64,000 bases of DNA from NCBI GenBank assembly GCA_012295275.1, contig CM022671.1, positions 25,048,001 through 25,112,000 on the forward strand. Reading direction: 5' to 3'. The DNA is from Chrysomallon squamiferum (Eukaryota; Animalia; Mollusca). Positions within the stretch are counted from its first letter, which is position 1. Every line of letters starts with the position of its first letter. The notes under the pieces were generated by a model. It was not told the origin of the DNA. It did no database searches and saw nothing but the letters and a program-made list of their open reading frames with translations. The position numbers and the translations under genes were made by a program. Below are positions 13,433 to 27,299 of this stretch, piece by piece.

Positions 13433-13890
13433 GAGATGAACCCAACATCCAAAAGATTGGATCCAAACTTCAACACACAGAACTGGTGGGTTGGAACACT
13501 TAACTTGTCAGTTCTGGCAGGCGTTCCTCTCATTGTGATCACTGTGTGTGTAATTAAGATCGTCAGACACCAGAAAACTGCAGCTTTGACCAACTGTTAC
13601 AACAAGAGCGCTACGGAAAATAATATTCTTTTAGCCAAATTGAACACCATCATTTTAATTTTTTTTTTTTATTTAATTTTTATTTTTTTATTTAACATTT
13701 TTATTATTTTATTTTATTTATTTATTTTATTTTATTTATTTATGATTATTTTTTTTTTGTTACAACTTCCATCATACAGTATTGTCATTGCTTTCGACCT
13801 AGATAAAGTCATATTTAATGCATTTGTCGATTTTCTTTTTCTTCATGTATCCTTCAGTCAAACTTGTAATTTATTTAATTGTCACTGCAT
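13433..13890 (+). pseudogene. 5'-truncated 7TM receptor pseudogene (ECL2-TM7), 44043-type, with T-rich expansion in TM6
   Basis: EMNPTSKRLDPNFNTQNWWVGTLNLSVLAGVPLIVITVCVIKIVRHQK nearly identical to the 44043 protein; degenerate 3' part. Confidence 0.88.
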
Positions 13891-14089
13891 TATCCCCTAT
13901 TGTTATAGCTTCCTATATTTTTTATGATATCTTTTGTGAATTCTCAGTAATATTCATAAATAACTGAATTAAATTAAATGTCACAAAAGATATCATTAAA
14001 AAAATATTGCATGCAATAACAATAGCAGCTGCGTGTTGTGACATTTAATTTATTTTCAGTTATTTTTGTGCTATATTCCACTCAAAATT

Positions 14090-14810
14090 AATCAACATTT
14101 AAAACTATTATCTCTGCAGTCTTAAATTAGCCTTTGTTATCATCATATTTCCAAACTGTTTCTATCCATTATATTTTAAAAATAATTACGTACATCCATG
14201 ATTTTTGATGATGATGATTTTTAACACAACTCGTACAATACACAGAATCGCCCACTTCGGCAATATTTCTTCTCAAGTTTAACTTATCCTCGCCTCTTTT
14301 ATCCAGATTAACTTTTGAATTCCATGTATAGATGTCCCTGACTGGTACTGATAGTTAGGATCAAGTCTTTTGGAAATTTCGTCCACTTTGTAAAATATTC
14401 CTTCTAAATAAACACAAAACGAACCCAAAGCTCTGTTACTGCCAAATACATTTTCACTCTCTCCTATTTAATATGAACGTGATAATTTAACGGGTTACAT
14501 ACACCAACATATAGGATGACGATTAAACCCATCAGAGAAAAGCATTTTACAGACTGCAACCCACACTATTCCAAAACATCAGTTTTGACTTGCAGAAACT
14601 AGCTATTAGAAATGTCGCAGTGTTTAAATGTCACATCATTTCGACTAGAAGCTCCTTTGACACAAAGTGCCCTATGACACCGAAAAGCATCCAGGATTTT
14701 GCAACAGTCATCGCTATGAAGATGTTTAAAAATGTCACACTATAACACAGCTGTTTGCTATCCTTAGAGAAGATATCAGAGATATTAGCTACAGTCATTA
14801 TTATGCTTAA
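14090..14810 (-). pseudogene. Antisense 7TM receptor pseudogene (TM1 to ~TM6)
   Basis: Minus strand: NIFIAMTVAKSWMLFGVIGHF..SVKCFSLMGLIVIL..CNPLNY..VYLEGIFYKVDEISKRLDPNY, with stops and frameshifts. Confidence 0.85.
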
Positions 14811-15607
14811 ACTCTGTTTTTCAAATAGAATCTAAATATATATAATTTATAAATATATAAATATATATACATACATATATATATATATACACACACACAC
14901 ATTATTACACACACATATACATACATAAACATACACATATATGTATGTATGCATGCATATGTGTATGTATATGTGTGTGTATACTTGCCTGTATTTGGAT
15001 TTATATGTGTACATATGTATATTTATTTTATTACTGAAAAACACATACACACACACACACATACATAACATATATATATATATATACAGTACGTATATAC
15101 AGTTTACTGATTTGAGTGTCGGGAAATAGCAATTAACTTACACACACACACTTTAGTATTTGTGCCTTTGTATATATATATATCATTCTGATTACCTACC
15201 GAACTACCTTCCTATCTCGCTCGATTATTTGTTTACCTGTGTCTACTAACGTGATGCGAAATTGTGCAATATTATTTTAAAGCAAAAAAAAAATTAATCG
15301 AAAACACCGATTATAAAGAGAGATTATGTATATGTGCTTGGGTCTATGTATATGTGTGTCATTCTGCCGTCCTACTGTCTGTCTAGATAAATGGATAAGT
15401 ATGTATGTATGTCTATGAGTCTCTATGAACATGATGGAAAATGACGCAAAATCATAAAGAGAGATTGAATGCGGGGTGTGTATGTATAGAAATAAAAAAT
15501 ATAATCAGAAAATCAAAAAACACTCCCATTTCTCTAAACAAAAACGATCATTTGTTATGCATCCAATAGATAAAATGGTAATTACTTATACGTATATGTA
15601 GGTCGTG

Positions 15608-15688
15608 ATGTCAATCAAAATTCCCAATATGTAATTTTATTTTACATTCCTTAACCAATGAGGAACGCAGGGAAGTAGAATATAAAAG
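15608..15688 (+). promoter_or_regulatory. Promoter module: ATGTCAATCA (15608), CCAAT (15655), TATAAAAG (15681)
   Basis: Conserved order and spacing versus paralogs. Confidence 0.7.
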
Positions 15689-15827
15689 ATGAAAAGATTA
15701 GCGCATTCACATTTCTCTCACCAAATCAGTAGTGAAACGTGTACTATTACATCAGTGTGAAATCAGGAAATTTTATATGTTCATATAAAAGACTAAGTCG
15801 TATATTAATACTGAAGAAGAAACAACG

Positions 15828-16805
15828 ATGTCGGTGAACGTAACCAATTCATCTGACGTTATACCTAAAGGTATTATTGCAGGGGGCAGTTCTGTTATAC
15901 TATTTGTATTTTCAATAAGTATCTTCACACTGGTAGTTCTTGTAAAATCTGCAATGACCACTGGAGTTATTGGTCTATTGTTGCTTAACGAAGTTGTGTC
16001 AGACATAATTTCTCAAATCAATACAGTAATGTATTTTATGAAGTCAAAATTTCTCTTCACTTATGCTTTGGTACCTGCCTTAGCATCCGTTAAATGTTTC
16101 TCTATGATGGGTTTAAGTATAGTCCTGTCTATTGCTATATGCAATCCTTTGAAATATATGGTTTACGTTACAGTGAAGAGAGTGAAGGTATATATTACAG
16201 TAATCTGGCTTTGGGTTCCTTTGGTGTTGTGTTACGTTTACGTAGAAGGAACGTTTTACACGGTTAATGAAAATTCTACGAGACGCGATCCTAACTACAC
16301 TTCAACGAACTGGTGGGTTGGAGCTCTTAACATGACAATTACGACTGCAGTTCCATTCATTGTAATTACTGTATGTATGATAAAAATAACGAGATATAAA
16401 AATGCTGCAATTTTAACTAATTCTGACGTTAACCAAACAACAGGAAGCAAAATACGGTTGGCTAATTTCAACACGATCATTTTCATCACGTACGTCTTGA
16501 CACAGTTGCCATTTCACGTCGTTTACTACCTTCACATCGTTGATTCACGCGTAACGATAACAATGATTATCGTGTACTTTTTACATAACTTGATGAAACC
16601 CGTTGGCTATTTATTTCTGATGCGCAATTTCAGATATACCGCCATGAACATGTGTTGTCATGTTTGCATAAAAAAAACAAGCGGTAAAACTACCAAGGAT
16701 CCTTCAGAGAGAGCCATGCCGACTGGAAACACAGACATACAACAAAGTGCAGAAGTTAGCGTTATAAGAACAACAAATGATTTTGAAATGAGAGGAGAAA
16801 ACTGA
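15828..16805 (+). CDS. Intronless atypical class A-like GPCR, 325 aa (clade A, G2)
   Basis: Colinear paralog of 4544..5521 with the same motifs. Confidence 0.92.
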   Translation: MSVNVTNSSDVIPKGIIAGGSSVILFVFSISIFTLVVLVKSAMTTGVIGLLLLNEVVSDIISQINTVMYFMKSKFLFTYALVPALASVKCFSMMGLSIVLSIAICNPLKYMVYVTVKRVKVYITVIWLWVPLVLCYVYVEGTFYTVNENSTRRDPNYTSTNWWVGALNMTITTAVPFIVITVCMIKITRYKNAAILTNSDVNQTTGSKIRLANFNTIIFITYVLTQLPFHVVYYLHIVDSRVTITMIIVYFLHNLMKPVGYLFLMRNFRYTAMNMCCHVCIKKTSGKTTKDPSERAMPTGNTDIQQSAEVSVIRTTNDFEMRGEN

Positions 16806-17432
16806 TAATTACAGGAGACAATTAAGAAGATGATTTTGTAGTTTAAATAAAACGGAGAAAAAAGAGGTACTTTCTTTATATCTTGTTTAAACGATTCGAG
16901 AATATCGTGCAATACGTTCTATATACCCTGGGAATAGTGAAACAAAATCGAGATATGTGAGTGACTCAATAGTCCACTGTCAAATGTAATAAGTTCGAGA
17001 ACACAGGTCTGGAATAATATTTAATGTCTCGGTTGGTACTATATATTTGTTTTAGACAATTATATTAACAAACTAAAACATATGAAACTTTTATTATTAG
17101 ATTACAATGTCTAATCGTACTGAAATAGTGTTTAGTAATTTCCTAGACTGCAATTCTATACAATGAAAAAAAAATTGGTTTATCTAGAATTAACTTTGTA
17201 TACTTTCAACTCTTAGTAACTGGAGAAAAGTAGTGATACTATTTCGTGACTGAAATTAGTAGTAGCAGCAGCCGCAGCAGCAATATTAATTATGGTAATA
17301 GTGGCATAGGTTCACAGTAATAGTAGTAGTAGTATAGGTAGGTTAGCAACAGCAGCAGGACTGACGTTACGTTTTGGTTTAATAAGAGTAATAACTATAT
17401 GAATAAACTGATTTTTAATATATGCAGTAGTG

Positions 17433-17474
<42 letters not shown>

Positions 17475-20040
17475 ATACAGTAGTAATAGTATAGTTGTAG
17501 CAGTCAAAGAGATAGAATAAAAGTAGTAGTACCACCAAGTCATAGCAGTAGTTTTAGCAGTGGGATGGTATTTGTTATATATAATGATAATAATAATAAT
17601 GATCATCTTCATTATTATTATTATCATTATTATTATTATTATTACTATTATCATTATTATTATTATTATTACTGGAAACGATACCTGTTGTATTAGCCGT
17701 AGCAATACGTATAGCAGAAATAGTAGTAGTAATTGTTGTTGTTGTTATTTTTGTTATTGTTTTAGCAACACTAGCAATAATACTAACATTAATATAATAC
17801 TCTATGTTTTGTATGTGATTATGAATCTGAACTAGAAAGAAATTCTTGAAGAGTAGAAATGCTATTAAACAATTTTTATTTTTTGAGTAAGCCAAATATA
17901 TAAAAGATATTTCGTAACAAATATATAAACTGGCGCCCATTTTTCTTTTTAATTATTTACGTTAATCATTTTCTGCGCACTGCACAAAACACTGACAGTC
18001 AGAGTTTGATTAAAATCTGAAGGAGAAAAGAAGATTAAAAATATATATATATATATTAATATTTTTCTCGTAGTGCTGCTTGAAGAATAATATTGAATTT
18101 AATTTCACATTAACAGACTGTAATCCTCAAAGCCATTTTATTAATATTTTTATTATCAATAATTGTTTTTGTTGTGATGTAGGTTTTTCATTTTCGATGA
18201 TTAAATCCTTTCAGTTGTTTTGTTATATATTTATATATATATTGTTTATTTTCAAAACTTTTACATCTGAAATTATTAGTTTATAATTTTTGTCGCCTCG
18301 ATTCTGTTTTTCTAATTTTTTTCTTCTTTTTTTCCTCTTTTTCATTTCTTGTTATAATCAATAATAAATATATGCTCAATTAGTTAATATATGGTTTTGC
18401 GAAAAACTCATATTTAATACGCTATTCGCAGAACTATTCGCAAAATAATTTGAAGTTAGAAATAAATATTTAGAAAGTAAAAAAAAAAAATAAATAAAAA
18501 CGAAATAATAATAAAATTAAATAATGAATACGCACAAATAGGTGTATTTCTTTATTTATTCATTTCATTTGTTTGTTTGCTTGCTTCTTTAGTAGTTTGT
18601 TTATTTCTTTATTTATTTCTTTCTTTGTTTATTTAGTTGTTTATTGTTTGTTTATTAATGTGTTTATTTATTTATTTATTTATTTATTTTTATTCATTCA
18701 TCTACTTGTTACTGATTTATTTATCTACTTGTTACTGATTTATTTATTTCTGTTTTTTCTTTTACTTCTTGTTTTTTTAATTTTTATTAAACTTTATTAC
18801 ACAAGTCACAACAAGTATTAATTTTTGTGTTTTAGATTCCATACCAGATTCTTCAAATGAGCTGTTTTTACAATTTATTTTGCTTCTTATTTTTGGTAAG
18901 ATAAACAGAGCAGTTCAAAATGCAGTTTACTTTCTTTAAATACGATTTTTATACCAGAACATTTGGAAGTGCAGAAACACCAAGAAAACTGTAAATCCAC
19001 TAATTCAGTATATTTATTATTATTTAAGTTTAGATGTGCTTTTTAAGACAAGAAAAATTTCGTATTCAAAATCAAAAAACATAAATTAAAACTAACATCC
19101 GTATTTTCGTTTTTGTTTGTTTGTTATTATTGCTTTCTTTTATCTAGCAATCTATCTGTGTTTGCATGTATAATATATACATGTATATGTATAATAGAAA
19201 AATAATTAATTTATATTCAGTATAGTTTCATGCCATGTCAACAAAGTACTTAAATTGTCATTACCTATATAGAGCATGGAAATCAACATATTTGGTTTAA
19301 TTATCTTGCCATTGAGTATAACAACATCAAATTAGCATTACTAATATTTTAAATGATCAGAGTAAACAATTTATTGGACTGTAACTGAAAATGAATATAA
19401 TCGCTAGCATACACACATTTTTTTTATAATTAGTATGGATACCAAATGCAAATTATTTCATAATGAAGCTCAAAAAATAGGTAAAAAATTCAAATGGTAA
19501 ATTCAACATTATTTTCATTTTATTTTTATGTCAAAATATTTATTAAAAACAAGAAATAAAATCGTAAAAATGTACTGAATTATTAACAAACTATGCTCAG
19601 TCTTCTGTAACAAATTTTGAATATCGCAGAATCAGTACAATTATTAACGACTTGGAATCAACCCTTTACTGGTAGAACAAGTGGTGTATATAAAAATGCT
19701 TTACAGAATGAGTATATTAATTTACAATCTTTCCTATAATTTTATGAGATTTGTTTGTATGTCTTGTTTTTCGCTTGGAATAAAATATTATTTGTGCTAA
19801 AACAATTTGTCTTTTTTGTTCTTCTAATTACATATGACGTTATGCAAAGTTAATATATTTTAACCATTTAAATAATGTACTTAAGGAATCAGTGCATTTT
19901 AAATTGCTTACTTATTTATACTAACACAGTAATTGTGAGTAATTCACTAAACAGTTTCGCTTCAGTCTAATTAATTCCGTAAATCTAGATCCCTTCTTAC
20001 TTTGATATGTGTATATGCTATACATGTGTGTGTCTTTGTA

Positions 20041-20117
<77 letters not shown>

Positions 20118-20509
20118 TTGAGTGTGTATTTGAGTGTGTATATGCGTGTGTGTTTCTGTGTCTATGTGTGCATAAAAGGAAAGACATGATTCTATAAATA
20201 TATATGCCTCCCATGATAGCCATCTTACTCTATTTTCCAACTGTCAAGAATAAGTCAGAATTACAATTATTCAGTGAATGTACTATATCATAAAATATTA
20301 GGTTTAAAATATAATATATAAGTTTCATAATTAAAAACAAACTAAAATGAATGATATAAACTTTTTATTATTACTAACAATGAAGTTATGGTCTTTGCAG
20401 TTTAAACAAATTATAAATTCACACGTAAACTACATCATTATTATCTGATCTCTGTCGTGACTTTTACTTACTGAGTTAAATTAGAAATTATGTATAAACG
20501 AAGAAAACC

Positions 20510-20960
20510 AGTTTTAGAGGACGTATTTAGCAAGCTAACGAAGGTACTAAAATAATGTATTCAAACTTCACCTCACAGAACTGGTGGGTTGGAGTACTTA
20601 ACTTGTCAGTTCTGGCTGGCGTTCCTCTCATTGTGATCACTGTGTGTGTAATTAAGATCGTCAGACACCAGAAAACTGCAGTCTTGACCAACTGTTACAA
20701 CAAGAGCGCTACGGAAAGTAAAATTCTTTTAGCCAAATTCAACACCATCCTTTTAATTTTTTATTTAATTTCTTTATTATTTTATTTCTTTATTTTTTAT
20801 TTTTTTTATTTTTTTATTTATTTTTTGTTGTTGTTACAACTTCCATTATACAGTATTGTCATTGCTTTCGACCTACATAAAGTCATATTTAATGTATTTG
20901 TCGATTTTCTTTTTTTAATGTATCTTTTAGTCAAACTTGTAATTTATTTAATTGTCACTG
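20510..20960 (+). pseudogene. 7TM receptor pseudogene (ECL2-TM7) with a 165-bp core almost identical to the 44043 gene
   Basis: ORF 20555: SNFTSQNWWVGVLNLSVLAGVPLIVITVCVIKIVRHQKTAVLTNCYNKSATESKI; no N-terminal half; T-rich insertion. Confidence 0.88.
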
Positions 20961-21149
20961 CATTATCCCCTATTGTTATTGCTTCCTATATTTTTTATGA
21001 TATCTTTTGTGAATTCTCAGCAATATTCATAAATAACTGAATTAAATTAAATGTCACAAAATATATCATTAAAAAAATATTGCATGCAATAACAATAGCA
21101 GCTGCGTGTTGTGACATTTAATTTATTTTCAGTTATGTTCTCCGTAATT

Positions 21150-21815
21150 GTTAGTATTCGTGCTATATTCCACAGAACTCATAATTAATCAACATTTAAA
21201 ACTATTATCTATACAGTCTTAAATTAGCCTTTGTTATCATCATATTTCCAAACTGTTTCTATCCATGCTATTTTAAAAATAATTCCGTAGATCCATGATT
21301 TTTGATGATGATGATTTTTAACACAGCTCGTACAATACACAAAATCGCCATCTTTGCCAATATGTCTTCTGAAGTTTAATTTATCCTCGACTGTCTCATC
21401 CAGATTAACTTTTCAATTCCTGGATGTCTGTGACTGGTACTGATAGTTAGGATCAAGTCTTTTGGAAATTTCGTCCACTTTCTAAAAATATTCCTTCCAA
21501 ATAAACGCAAAACGAACCCAAAGCTCTGTTACTGCCAAATGCATCTTCAGTCTCTCCTTTTTAATATGAACGTGATAATTTAACGGGTTACATATAGCAA
21601 CACATAGGATGACGATTAAACCCATCAGAGAAAAGCATTTTACAGACGCAAAGGCTGCAACCCACACTATTCCAAATATCAGTTTTGACTTGCAGTGTTT
21701 AAATATCACATCATTTCGACTAGAAGCTCCTTTGACACAAAGTCCTGTTTGCTATTATGGTATCCTTAGAGAAGACAACAGAGATATTAGCTACAGTTAT
21801 TATGATGCTTAAACT
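21150..21815 (-). pseudogene. Antisense 7TM receptor pseudogene
   Basis: ORF 21482..21709 (-): AAFASVKCFSLMGLIVILCVAICNPLNYHVHIKKERLKMHLAVTELWV; internal deletions. Confidence 0.88.
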
Positions 21816-22594
21816 GTCTTCAAAATTGATATGGTATTCATTCCATTTTCAATTAGAATCTTAATATATATATATACATACAAATACATACATACACACA
21901 CATATACATACATAAACATACACATATATGTATGTATGAATGCATATGTGTATGTATATGTGTGTGCGTGTACTTGCCTATATGTGGATATATATGTATA
22001 CGTATGTATATTTATTTTATTACAGGAAAACACATAAACACACACATACATAACATACATATATACATACATTACGTATATACATATACAATTTACTGAT
22101 TTGAGTGTCGGAAAATAGCAATTATGTTATACACACACACTTTAATATTTGTGTCTTCGTATATATATCATTCTGATTACCTACCTAACTACCTTCCTAT
22201 CTCGATCGATTATTTGTTTACCTGTGTCTATGAATGTGATGGGAAATTATGCAATATTATTTTAAAGCAAAAAAAAAGAATTAATCGAAAACACCGATTA
22301 TAAAGAGAGATTATGTATATGTGCTTGGGTCTATATATATGTGTGTCATTCTGCCGTCCTACTGTCTGTCTAGATAAATGCATAAATATGTATGTGTGTC
22401 TATGAGTCTATATGAACATGATGGAAAATGACGCAAAATCATATAGAGAGATTGAATGCGGGGTGTGTATGTATAGAAATAAAAATATATAATCAGAAAA
22501 TCAAAAAACCCTCCTATTTCTCTAAATGAAACGATCATTTGTTATGCATCCAATAGATATAAAGGTAATTACCTAAACGTATATGTAGGTCGTG

Positions 22595-22675
22595 ATGTCA
22601 ATCAAAATTCCCAATATGTAATTTTATTTTACATTTCTTAACCAATGAGGAACGCAAGTAAGTAGAATATAAAAG
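22595..22675 (+). promoter_or_regulatory. Promoter module: ATGTCAATCA (22595), CCAAT (22642), TATAAAAG (22668)
   Basis: Conserved versus paralogs. Confidence 0.7.
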
Positions 22676-22814
22676 ATGAAACGATTAGCGCATTCACATT
22701 TGTCTCACCAAATCAGTAGTGAAACGTGTACTACTACATCAGCGTGAAATCAGGAAAGACTATATGTTCATATAAAAGACTAAGTCGTATATTAATACTG
22801 AAGAAGAAACAACG

Positions 22815-23792
22815 ATGTCGGTGAACGTAACCAATTCCTCTGACGTTATATCTAAAGATATTATTGCAGGGGGCAGTTCTGTTATACTATTTGTATTTTC
22901 AATGAGTATCTTCACACTGGTAGTTCTTGTAAAATCTGCAATGACATCTGGAGTTATTGGTCTGTTCATGGTTAACGAAGCTGTATCAGACATAATTTTT
23001 CAAATCAATATGGTAATATTTGTCATCAAGTCAAAATTTGTCTTCACTTCGGCTTTGATACCTGCTTTAGCATGCGTTAAATGTTTCTCTTTGATGGGAT
23101 TAAGCATAGTTCTTTGTGTTGCTATATGCAACCCTTTAAAATATATGATTTACGTTACAGTGAAGAGAGTGAAGATATATATGACAGTAATCTGGCTCTG
23201 GGTTCCCATCGTGTTGTGTTACGTTTATGTAGAGGGAACGTTTTACACGGTGAATGAAAATTCTACGAGACTCGATCCTAACTACACTTCAACGAACTGG
23301 TGGGTTCGAGCTCTTAACATGACAAGTACAAATGCAGTTCCATTCATTGTAATTACTGTATGTATGATAAAAATAACCAGACATAAAAATGCTGCAATTT
23401 TAACTAATTCTAAAGTTAAGCAAACAACAGAAAGCAAAATACGGTTGGCTAATTTCAACACGATCATTTTCATCACGTACGTCGTGACACAGTTGCCATT
23501 TCACGTCGTTTTCTCCCTTCACATCGTTGATTCACGAGTAACGATATCAATGATTATCGGGTACTTTTTGTGCAGCTTGATGAAACCCGTTGGCTATTTA
23601 TTTCTGATGCGTAATTTCAGATTTACCGCGATGAACATCTGTTGTTATGTTTGCATAAAGAAAACTAGCGGTAAAACTACCAAGGATCCTTCAGAGAGAG
23701 CCGTGCCGACTGGAAACACAGACAAACAACAAAGTACAGAAGTTAGCGTTATAAAAACAACAAATGATTTTCAAAAGAGAGGAGAAAACTAA
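22815..23792 (+). CDS. Intronless atypical class A-like GPCR, 325 aa (clade A, G3)
   Basis: Colinear paralog with the same motifs. Confidence 0.92.
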   Translation: MSVNVTNSSDVISKDIIAGGSSVILFVFSMSIFTLVVLVKSAMTSGVIGLFMVNEAVSDIIFQINMVIFVIKSKFVFTSALIPALACVKCFSLMGLSIVLCVAICNPLKYMIYVTVKRVKIYMTVIWLWVPIVLCYVYVEGTFYTVNENSTRLDPNYTSTNWWVRALNMTSTNAVPFIVITVCMIKITRHKNAAILTNSKVKQTTESKIRLANFNTIIFITYVVTQLPFHVVFSLHIVDSRVTISMIIGYFLCSLMKPVGYLFLMRNFRFTAMNICCYVCIKKTSGKTTKDPSERAVPTGNTDKQQSTEVSVIKTTNDFQKRGEN

Positions 23793-24287
23793 TAATTACA
23801 CGAGACAATTAAGAAGATGATTTTGTAGTTTAAATAAAACGGAGAAAAAAGAGGTACTTTCTTTATATCTTGTTCAAACGATTCGAGAATATCGTGCAAT
23901 ACGTTCTATATACCCTGGGAATAGTGAAACAAAATCGAGATATGTGAGTGACTCAATAGTCCACTGTCAAATGTAATAAGTTCAAGAACACAGGTCTGGA
24001 ATAATATTTAATGTCTCGATTGGTACTATATATTTGTTTTAGACAATTATATTAACAAACTAAAACATATGAAACTTTTATTATTAGATTACAATGTCTA
24101 ATCGTACTGAAATAATGTTTAGTAATTTCCTAGACTGCAATTCTATACAGTGAAAAAAAAATTGGTTTATCTAGAATCAACTTTCTATACTTTCAACAGT
24201 TAGTAACTGGAGAAAATAAAAAGTACTCAAAACTCTTGTTCTGAAAGGTAGTAATACTATTTCGTGACTGAAATTAGTAGTAGCAGC

Positions 24288-24336
<49 letters not shown>

Positions 24337-24626
24337 ATAGTAAGACAGTAGTAATAGCATAGTTGTAGCAATCATAGAGATAGCAGTAGTAGTAGCAGTG
24401 GGATGGTATTTGCTATATATAATGAAAATAATAATCATCATCTTCATTATTATTATTATCATCATCTTCATCGTCAACATCATCATTATTATTAATTATT
24501 ATTATTATTATTATTATCAGTAAGTCTTAGCAGTAGTAGTAGCAGTGGGATGGTATTTGATATATATAATGATAATAACAATCATCATCTTCATTATTTT
24601 TATTATCATCATCATCATCATCATCA

Positions 24627-24694
<68 letters not shown>

Positions 24695-27299
24695 GGAAAT
24701 GATACTTGTTGTATTAGCCGTAGCAATACGTATAGTAGAAATAGTAGTAGTAATTGTTGTTGTTGTTATTTTTGTTATTGTTTTAGCAATACTAGCAATA
24801 ATACTAACATTAATATAATACTCTATGTTTTGTATGTGATTATGAATCTGAACTAAAAGTTAATTCTTGAAGAGTAGAAATGCTATTAAACAATTTTTAA
24901 ATTTTGCGAAAGCCAAATATACAAAAGATATTTCGTAAGAAATATATAAACTGGCGCAGATTTTTCTTTTTAATTATTTACGTTAATCATTTTCTGCGCA
25001 CTGCACAAAACACTGGCAGTCAGAGTTTGATTAAAATCTGAAGGAGAAAAGAAGATTAAAAATATATATATATATATTAATATTTTTCTCGTAGTGCTGC
25101 TTGAAGAATAATATTGAATTTAATTTCACATTAACAGACTGTAATCCTCAAAGCCATTTATTAATATTTTTATTATCAATAATTGTTTTTGTTGTGATGT
25201 AGGTTTTTCATTTTCGATGATTAAATCCTTTCAGTTGTTTTGTTATATATTTATATATATATTGTTTATTTTCAAAACTTTTACATCTGAAATTATTAGT
25301 TTATAATTTTTGCCGCCTCGGTTCTGTTTTTCTTTTTGTTGTTCTTCTTTTTTCCTTTTTATATTTCTTGTTATAATCAATAATAAATATATGCTCAATT
25401 AATTAATATATGGTTTTGCGAAAAACTCCTATTTAATACGCTATTCGCAGAACTGAGATAAAATTGCAAAATAATTTGAAGTTAGAAATAAATATTTAGA
25501 AAGTAAAAAATAAATAAATAAATAAACGAAATAATAATAAAATTAAATAATGAATACGCACAAATAGGTGTATTTCTTTATTTATTTCATTTGTTTGTTT
25601 GCTTGCTTCTTTAGTAGTTTGTTTATTTCTTTATTTATTTCTTTCTTTGTTTATTTAGTTGTTTATTGTTTGTTTATTAATGAGTTTATTTATTTATTTA
25701 TTTATTTTTATTCATTCATCTACTTGTTACTGATTTATTTATCTACTTGTTACTGATTTATTTATTTCTGTTTTTTCTTTTACTTCTTGCTTTTTTAATT
25801 TTATTAAACTTTATTACACAAGTCACAACAAGTATTAATTTTTGTGTTTTAGATTCCATACCAGATTCTTCAAATGAGCTGTTTTTCAATTTCATTATGC
25901 TTCTTATTTTTGGTACGATAAACAGAGCAATTCAAAATGCAGTTTACTTTCTTTAAATACTTTCTTTAGTTTATAATTTTTGCCGCCTCGGTTCTGTTTT
26001 TCTTTTTGTTGTTCTTCTTTTTTCCTTTTTATATTTCTTGTTATATATATGCTCAATTAGTTAATATAGCATTTTGCTAAAAACTCATATTTAATATAGT
26101 TTCATGCCATGTCAACAAAGTACTTAAATTATCATTACCTGTACAGAGCATGGAAATCAACATATTTGGTTTGTGTGCCAATGAGCATAACAACATCGAA
26201 TTAGCATTACCAATATTTTAAATGATCACAGTAAACAATTTGTTGGACTGTAACTGAAAATGAATATAGTCGCTAGCATACAAACATTTTTTTTACAATT
26301 TGTATGGATACCAAATGCAAATTATTTCATAATGTAGCTAAAAAAATAGGTAAATTCAACATTATTTTCATTTTATTTTTATGGTAAATTCAACATTATT
26401 TTCATTTTATTTTTATGTCAAAATATTTATTAAAAACAAGAAATAAAATCGTAAAAATGTACTGAATTATGAATAAACTATGCTCAGTCTTCTGTAACAA
26501 ATTTTGAATATCGCAGAACGAGTACAATTATTAATAACTTGGAATGAACCCTTTACTGGTAGAACAAGTGGTGTATATAAAAATGCTTTACAGAATGAGT
26601 ATATTAATTTACAATCTTTGCTATAATTTTATGAGATTTGTTGTTTGTCTTGTTTTTCGCTTGGAATAAAATATTATTAGTGCTAAAACAATTTGTCTTT
26701 TTTGTTCTTCTAATTACATATGAGGTTATTTAACTATTTAAATATGTACTTAAGGAATCAGTGCATTTTAAATTGCTTACTTATTTATACTGACACAGTA
26801 ATTGTGAGTAGTTCAGTAATTCTAATTAATTCCGTAAATCTAGATCCCTTCTTACTTTCATATATGTATATTGTGTACATGTGTGTGTCTTTATGTATAT
26901 ATATATATATGTTTGTGTATTTCAGTGTGTATATGCGTGTGTGTTTCTGTGTGTATGTGTGCATAAAAGAAAAGACATGATTCTATAAATATATATGCCT
27001 TCCATGACAGGCCTCTCACTCTATTTTCAAACTGTCAAAAATAAGACAGAATTATAATTATTCTGTATATGTACTATAAATTAAAATATTAGGTTTAAAA
27101 TATAATATATAAGTTTCATATTTAAAAACAAACTAAAATGAATTATATAAACTTTTTATTATTACTAACAATGAAATTATGGTCTTTGCAGTTTAAACAA
27201 ATTCTAAATTCACACGTAAACTACATCATTATTATCTGATCTCTGTCATAACTTTTACTTACTGAGTTAAATTAGAAATTATGAATAAACGAAGAAAAC

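Noticed and set aside
13436-13927. 163-aa and 161-aa (20555..21040) ORFs as functional truncated receptors
   Set aside because: No N-terminal half or promoter module; frames stay open through T-rich expansions and differ between copies.
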